Positions 59,136-64,000 of a DNA stretch of 64,000 bases are shown here, one piece after another (within the stretch, counting starts at the first letter, position 1; every line of letters begins with the position of its first letter). The notes below the pieces were generated by a model. It was not told where the DNA came from. It saw only the letters and a list, made by a program, of their open reading frames with translations, and ran no database searches. The position numbers and the translations under genes are program-made. The stretch comes from an uncultured Acidobacteriota bacterium (GTDB lineage Bacteria; Acidobacteriota; Thermoanaerobaculia; UBA5066). The stretch lies in the NCBI GenBank assembly GCA_963779415.1, contig CAVZYA010000001.1, positions 2,048,001-2,112,000 on the forward strand. Reading direction: 5' to 3'.

Positions 59136-59210
59136 AGGATGAGCCCGCACCCGTACGCGGCCGATCCGTAGGTTCCCGTTCATGGCGGCCGCAGGGCGGC
59201 AACACCCCCT
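59136..59210 (+). ncRNA. Candidate structured RNA or hairpin in the divergent intergenic region
   Basis: Perfect stem GCGGCCG (59157-59163) with CGGCCGC (59186-59192), extendable outward imperfectly; -10-like GATACT at 59123-59128. No family recognised. Confidence 0.25.
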
Positions 59211-59234
59211 CCCATCGGGTAAACTCCGCGCGCT

Positions 59235-60584
59235 CTGCAGCCGCGAGATCTCCTCACCGAGCTCTACCGTGCCGCTGTCGCGTCCGTCGATCCGGGCCGG
59301 CTCGTCGGCGCCGCTCTCGGACGGCGCGGCGACGCTCTTCGTGTCCGGTCCGTCCTCTCCTCGGCGCAGCGGGAGTTCGTCTTCGTCCCTTCGCGGGTGG
59401 CTCTTCTGGCCGTCGGCAAGGGGGCCGTGCCGATGGCCCGCGCGGCCCATGCGGCGCTCGGAGGACGGATCGACGAGGCGCTCATCGTGGCGCCCTCGTA
59501 CGACAGCGGGGAGGGTCTTCCGCCCGGAAGTCGCCTCATTCGCGCCGGCCACCCGGTTCCGGACGAGGGGAGTCTCGAGGCGGGAACGGCCGCCCTCTCC
59601 CTCGCCGGCCGCCTCGACCCGGCGGACCTCCTTCTCGTCCTCCTTTCGGGGGGCGGCTCCAGCCTGATGGCGGCACCGGTGGAAGGACTCTCCCTCACGG
59701 ACAAATCGCGCGCCATCTCGCTTCTGATGGCCGCAGGGGCTCCGATCTCCGAGCTGAACGCCGTTCGCGGGGCCCTTTCGCGCGTCAAGGCCGGGTGGCT
59801 CTCCTCCGCCTGCGGCCCGGCCGAGGTCGTCTCGCTCGTCCTTTCGGACCTCGGGGACGACGGTTGGCATCTCGTCGCCTCCGGTCCGACGCTCGGAATC
59901 CCCCCGTCCCCGGCCAATGCCCTCGCCATCCTCGACCGATACCGCGTCACGACGCTCGTCCCGCCATCGGTCCGCGCCGTCCTCGCCCTTCCGCCGCCGC
60001 CCCCCTCGCCTCGCCCCGTCGGGCCACGCTGGAGCGTCCTCCTTGCCGACATCCGGACGGCTCTCGAAGGCGCCCGCCTCGCCGCGCTTCGTCTTGGAAC
60101 GGATGCCCGGATCGTCCCCGAGCTTCTGCGCGGCGAGGCGCGGAGCGCCGCCCGAAGGCTCGCCGTCGCCGGAGCCTCGGGGGGGCACCTCTGGCGCCGG
60201 GGAGGGGGACGCTCCCTCGTCAACCTCTTCGGCGGCGAGACGACCGTCACGGTCAAGGGACACGGACACGGAGGACGGAACCGGGAGCTCGCCCTCGCGA
60301 CCGCAATCCAGATTGCCGGCACCCCGGGAGCCGCCGCCCTCGTGGCCGGGACCGACGGCGTGGACCACGAGCCGGATGCGGCCGGGGCGTTCGTGGACGG
60401 GGCGACGCTCGAGAGGGCGGAAGCGGCCGGCCTCGACCCTTGGAAGGCTCTCCGCGACAACGACACCGGGCCGTTCTTCGCCGCTCTCGGGGACGCCTTT
60501 TCCCCGGGAGCCACCGGGACGAACGTGGGCGACGTCGCCTTCGTCTGGGCGGCCGGGCAGGACGCCGGGACGCCGGCAGACTAA
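59235..60584 (+). CDS. Glycerate 2-kinase (MOFRL/DUF4147 family)
   Basis: AVGKGA, AGHPVPD, LSGGGSSL, ASGPT, GGETTV, GGRNRE, GTDGVD and TGTNVGD. The frame is open upstream of GTG 59397 to CTG 59235 and encodes the expected ELYRAAVASVDP helix. Confidence 0.9.
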   Translation: MQPRDLLTELYRAAVASVDPGRLVGAALGRRGDALRVRSVLSSAQREFVFVPSRVALLAVGKGAVPMARAAHAALGGRIDEALIVAPSYDSGEGLPPGSRLIRAGHPVPDEGSLEAGTAALSLAGRLDPADLLLVLLSGGGSSLMAAPVEGLSLTDKSRAISLLMAAGAPISELNAVRGALSRVKAGWLSSACGPAEVVSLVLSDLGDDGWHLVASGPTLGIPPSPANALAILDRYRVTTLVPPSVRAVLALPPPPPSPRPVGPRWSVLLADIRTALEGARLAALRLGTDARIVPELLRGEARSAARRLAVAGASGGHLWRRGGGRSLVNLFGGETTVTVKGHGHGGRNRELALATAIQIAGTPGAAALVAGTDGVDHEPDAAGAFVDGATLERAEAAGLDPWKALRDNDTGPFFAALGDAFSPGATGTNVGDVAFVWAAGQDAGTPAD

Positions 60585-60603
60585 GATACGAAGGACTAGT
60601 CCG

Positions 60604-61074
60604 ATGGCGGCTTTTCTGATCGTTGACGATGGCGGGGAGAAGAGGCACGAGGTCGTCGGACGCGCCGTCCTCGGCCGCGACGCCGATTGCGACATTCTCG
60701 TTTCGGACCTGTCGGCCTCCCGAAAGCACGCCATTCTGGAAGAGACGGTGGCGGGGTGGACCATCCGGGACCTCTCCAGCGTCAACGGGACGTTCCTGAA
60801 GGGGAAGCGGGTCGTCGATGCCGTTCTCCAGAGTGGAGATCTTCTCCGGTTCGGGGACGTGAAGGCCGTCTTCAGGATCGAGCAGAAGGCGAGCGAGACG
60901 AGCGGTACGGGGAAGCTCCTTCAGACGCTCTCGATCAAGCCGGTCCGGAAGGCTCGTCCCGTCGCCGTCGTCGTCGCGTCGCTCGCCGGCCTTGCGCTTC
61001 TCGTTGCGGCCACCCTCTGGTCGAAGGGGTGCGGTCCCCACGGCCCCGCCGTCTCCATCCTCGCGCCGCGCTGA
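60604..61074 (+). CDS. FHA-domain protein with C-terminal membrane anchor
   Basis: LGR, SRKHA, DLSSVNGT and LQSGDLLRFG, followed by one TM. Confidence 0.88.
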   Translation: MAAFLIVDDGGEKRHEVVGRAVLGRDADCDILVSDLSASRKHAILEETVAGWTIRDLSSVNGTFLKGKRVVDAVLQSGDLLRFGDVKAVFRIEQKASETSGTGKLLQTLSIKPVRKARPVAVVVASLAGLALLVAATLWSKGCGPHGPAVSILAPR

Positions 61075-61087
61075 TCCGGCCGGAATC

Positions 61088-61855
61088 TCAGGCGGACCCA
61101 CCCCCCGATCCGCAGACGGCGCAGGCGGGGGCCTTCGCGATCCGGATCGTCCGGAACGACATCGCAAGGGCATCCACCACGACGAGCCGTCCGATGAGAG
61201 GAACGCCGATTCCGAGGACGAGCTTCAGCGCCTCGGCCGCCTGGATCGCCCCGAGCGTTCCGGGAAGGACGCCGAGGAGCCCCGTCTCCGCGCCGGCCGG
61301 CACGAGGCCCGGCGGCGGCGGCTCGGGGAAGGCGCAGCGGTAGCAGGGCCCTTTCGCCGCGAAGAAGACCGAGGCCTGCCCCTCGAAGCGATGGATCGCG
61401 GCGTGGACCATCGGCTTCCCCAGCCGAACGCAGGCCTCGTTGAGGACGTATCGCGACGGGAAGTCGTCGGTGGCCCCGGCGATGACGTCGTAGTCCGGGA
61501 AGATTTCGAGCGCGTCCGCGAGCGCCAGCCGCGCCGCGTGCGTCACGATCCTCACGTTCGGGTTCAGATCGCCGAGTCGCTCCGCGGCCGCTTCCAGCTT
61601 CGGCCGGCCGAGGTCCTTCGTTCCATAGAGGATCTGCCGTTGCAGGTTCGACTCGTCGAGAACGTCGAAGTCGACGAGGCCGAGCGTCCCGACGCCGGCC
61701 GCCGCGAGATAGAGGGAAAACGGCGAGCCGAGCCCTCCCGCCCCGACGCAGAGGACGCGCGCCCCCTTGATCCGCTCCTGGCCGGCTTCTCCGACCTCGT
61801 CGAGGACGAGGTGTCTCGCGTAACGGCGTCTCTCGCGGTCCGAGAGCCCCCCCAT
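61088..61855 (-). CDS. moeB: MoeB/ThiF-family adenylyltransferase (no rhodanese domain)
   Basis: RYARHLVL, VGAGGLG, SNLQRQ, PCYRC and CAVC. Confidence 0.85.
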   Translation of the reverse strand: MGGLSDRERRRYARHLVLDEVGEAGQERIKGARVLCVGAGGLGSPFSLYLAAAGVGTLGLVDFDVLDESNLQRQILYGTKDLGRPKLEAAAERLGDLNPNVRIVTHAARLALADALEIFPDYDVIAGATDDFPSRYVLNEACVRLGKPMVHAAIHRFEGQASVFFAAKGPCYRCAFPEPPPPGLVPAGAETGLLGVLPGTLGAIQAAEALKLVLGIGVPLIGRLVVVDALAMSFRTIRIAKAPACAVCGSGGGSA

Positions 61856-61864
61856 ACCCGCGGC

Positions 61865-63310
61865 TTAAGGGCGCGGCCCGCGCCCCGCCGCGCCCGGAGG
61901 ACTCTCGATTCGCCGCTCCACCCGGAGCCGCCCGTCGCCCGCGGGCGCGAGGATCAGGAGCGCTCCGGGATACCCCGCCGAGAGGATCTGCCCCTCCGGC
62001 ATCCAGGCCTTCACCTCGGCGGAGAGGAGGTCGGGCGAAAGGAGAATCGTCCCCGCCTCGTCGGCGAGCTTCCGGCTGCGGAAGGAGGCAAGCACCTTCT
62101 GCCACCCCTCCTCGCCCCCCGGCGGGGCCGGGACGAGGAGCTTGCCCGTCAGGTTCTCCTCTACCTTCCCCCGGAAGTCCGTGAGATCGCCGAGGTCGGC
62201 GACCCCCGGGCGGACGCGCGGCCCGAGGCCGCTGAAGGGGATCGGGTGCGTTAATGCGACGTCGGCGAGGTACGGGGGAAGGCCGCTCCCGTTGGCGACC
62301 CTCCCGCCGCGGAGGACGACGTCGAAGAGACCTTCCCGCCGGAGGAGCGGGATCGCGTCGTATCCCTTTGGGTCGATGGAGGCGAGCGAACCGTCGCCGA
62401 GCGCCTGAAGAGCTCCCAGCAGGCCGACGAAGTTGAGGCGGACGAGCGTTCCTGCTTCGTCGGGGCCGTTCCATCCCCCGGTCTCGATCAGGAGCGTCGA
62501 CGTCCCCCAGCGCGTCATCGAGTCTCCGAACGCGCGGGCCGTATAGTCCATGTCGTAGCGGGCGATCTTTCCGGAGGCCCACGGAGCGAGGAACTCCCGG
62601 AGCGAGACTGCGAGGCGCTTCGTCGTCCGCCTCCCATCGTTTTCGCTCGACGCCTCGTCGAACGGAACGGACATCACGGCCAGCGCGGCCTGCCCGCCCC
62701 CCTTCCCCGCGACCGTCAGCGGCGACTGGTTGTGGAGGTTGAAGCCGACCGTCGGCTGGAACCGGTCGCGGACGCTCTTCAAAAAGCGCCCCTCCGGCGT
62801 CTGGAGGCGGAGGGCGTCGCGGTTGATGTCGATTCCCTGGATGTTCCGCCGCGTCGTCCTCTCTGCCCCGTCGGGATTCAGCATCGGGAGGAGATAGATC
62901 GTCAGCCGCGAGAAGAGACGCGACACGGCAGCGCTCTCCCGGTTCCGGCCGAGATAGGCGAGGATGTCGAGCAGGGCGCTCGTGGCCGTCGGCTCGTCGC
63001 CGTGCATCTGGGACCAGAGGAAGACGCCGGTGGGCCCGCTGCCGAGCTTCAGGACGCTGAGGGAGCGCCCCTCACCCGAGCGCCCTTCGTCCGCGACCGA
63101 AAAGAGCCCCGGAAAATCCCGCGCGAGCGTCTCGATCACGACGCGGAGCTGCGCGTGCTTGAGCGCGTAAGGGTCGGCCGGAGAGACGCGGATCGAGGGC
63201 CATGCGTCCCACAGCTCCCGCGCCGTGAACGCCTCGGGCGACGCGGCCCGCACGGCAGGTATGAGGAAAAGGAGCGCGAGGCAGAAGGAACGGAGGGCCG
63301 GTTTCGTCAT
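61865..63310 (-). CDS. Secreted M14-family zinc carboxypeptidase
   Basis: Signal peptide, QMHGDE, NPDG, DINRD, NLHNQ and LIETG. Confidence 0.88.
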   Translation of the reverse strand: MTKPALRSFCLALLFLIPAVRAASPEAFTARELWDAWPSIRVSPADPYALKHAQLRVVIETLARDFPGLFSVADEGRSGEGRSLSVLKLGSGPTGVFLWSQMHGDEPTATSALLDILAYLGRNRESAAVSRLFSRLTIYLLPMLNPDGAERTTRRNIQGIDINRDALRLQTPEGRFLKSVRDRFQPTVGFNLHNQSPLTVAGKGGGQAALAVMSVPFDEASSENDGRRTTKRLAVSLREFLAPWASGKIARYDMDYTARAFGDSMTRWGTSTLLIETGGWNGPDEAGTLVRLNFVGLLGALQALGDGSLASIDPKGYDAIPLLRREGLFDVVLRGGRVANGSGLPPYLADVALTHPIPFSGLGPRVRPGVADLGDLTDFRGKVEENLTGKLLVPAPPGGEEGWQKVLASFRSRKLADEAGTILLSPDLLSAEVKAWMPEGQILSAGYPGALLILAPAGDGRLRVERRIESPPGAAGRGPRP

Positions 63311-63378
63311 CGGCTGGACAGTCTACAAGGGTCGCCCCTCCGCCCTGCACCTCCGGGTGATAATGACGCGTCACGCTC

Positions 63379-64000
63379 ATGTCCCTCTCGCCCGGGTCCC
63401 GCATCGGCCCTTACGAGGTCCTCTCGCCCCTCGGCGCGGGCGGGATGGGAGAAGTCTGGCGCGCCCGGGACACCCGCCTCGGCCGCGAGGTCGCCCTCAA
63501 GGTCCTCCCCGCGGCTCTCTCGGAAGACCGTGAGCGGATCGTCCGCTTCCAGCGCGAGGCCCAGCTTCTCGCCGCGTTCAACCACCAGAACATCGCCGCG
63601 ATCTACAGCTTCGAGAACGTCGACTCCGTCCAGCTCCTCGTCATGGAGATGGTGCCGGGCGAGACCGTCAAGCAGCTTCTCGAGGCGGGGTCCCTCTCCA
63701 TCTCACGCGCTCTGGCGATCGCGCGGCAGACCGCCGAAGCCCTCGACGCGGCCCACGGCAAGGGGATCCTCCACCGCGACCTCAAGCCCGCAAACGTGAA
63801 GGTCACGCCCGACGGGAAGGTGAAGCTCCTCGACTTCGGTCTCGCGAAGGCTTTCGGTCCCGGGCCCAACATTTCCGACATCTCCGAGTCCCCCACACTC
63901 GATACCGGCGCCTCGCGTCAGGGGATGGTGCTCGGCACGGCCCCCTACATGAGCCCCGAGCAGGTGCGGGGCCGGACGCTGGACTGGCGGAGCGACGTCT
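63379..64000 (+). CDS. Hanks-type Ser/Thr protein kinase, 3'-partial
   Basis: Manual translation gives LGAGGMGEVWRA, VALK, HRDLKPAN, DFGLAK and GTAPYMSPEQ; runs off the window, so it is absent from the ORF track. Confidence 0.95.
   Translation, partial: MSLSPGSRIGPYEVLSPLGAGGMGEVWRARDTRLGREVALKVLPAALSEDRERIVRFQREAQLLAAFNHQNIAAIYSFENVDSVQLLVMEMVPGETVKQLLEAGSLSISRALAIARQTAEALDAAHGKGILHRDLKPANVKVTPDGKVKLLDFGLAKAFGPGPNISDISESPTLDTGASRQGMVLGTAPYMSPEQVRGRTLDWRSDV

Noticed and set aside
1-64000. Many long overlapping or antisense ORFs (for example 7032..9875, 9792..12713, 30121..33108, most of 35844..39239, 48272..50959)
   Set aside because: Arg/Pro/Gly-rich shadow frames are expected at high GC, and each overlaps a gene with clear family motifs.
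1-64000. CRISPR arrays, tRNA/rRNA, IS elements, integrases, prophage or DGR
   Set aside because: No repeat-spacer periodicity, cloverleaf, transposase, recombinase or reverse transcriptase motifs were recognised by eye; a covariance-model scan could still reveal small RNAs.

Overview
High-GC (visually about 70%) bacterial chromosome segment, most consistent with Acidobacteriota, probably class Thermoanaerobaculia (inferred from gene style and the repeated C-terminal domains of the 52-55 kb secreted protein). In order: GT-C glycosyltransferase (partial), MscS, CPA2/Kef antiporter, HAMP-PP2C phosphatase, GT87, short Hsp70, SemiSWEET, DEDDh exonuclease, a minus-strand dcw cluster (mraZ-rsmH-ftsL-ftsI-murE-mraY-murD-ftsW-murG-murC-ftsQ-ftsA-ftsZ, lacking murF, murB and ddl) with four MraZ boxes, rnd, mfd-PPIase-SurA (the SurA-like gene is fused to an outer-membrane beta-barrel), a PliI-like protein and a 1.4 kaa repeat surface protein. 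Then a 13.6 kb orphan tailoring cluster (HprK-like kinase, two B12-binding radical SAM enzymes, four methyltransferases, deaminase-type amidohydrolase, flavin-reductase-like protein, GT9, GT4, a pentapeptide-repeat/GT-A fusion and a nucleotidyltransferase). Finally a beta-propeller surface protein, MFS, a beta-barrel/cytochrome c module, glycerate kinase, FHA protein, MoeB, M14 peptidase and a partial Ser/Thr kinase. About ten single-base frameshifts, including in rsmH and mfd, point to an imperfectly polished long-read assembly. No rRNA, tRNA, CRISPR array or mobile element was recognised. All family calls come from motif recognition by eye, not from database searches.
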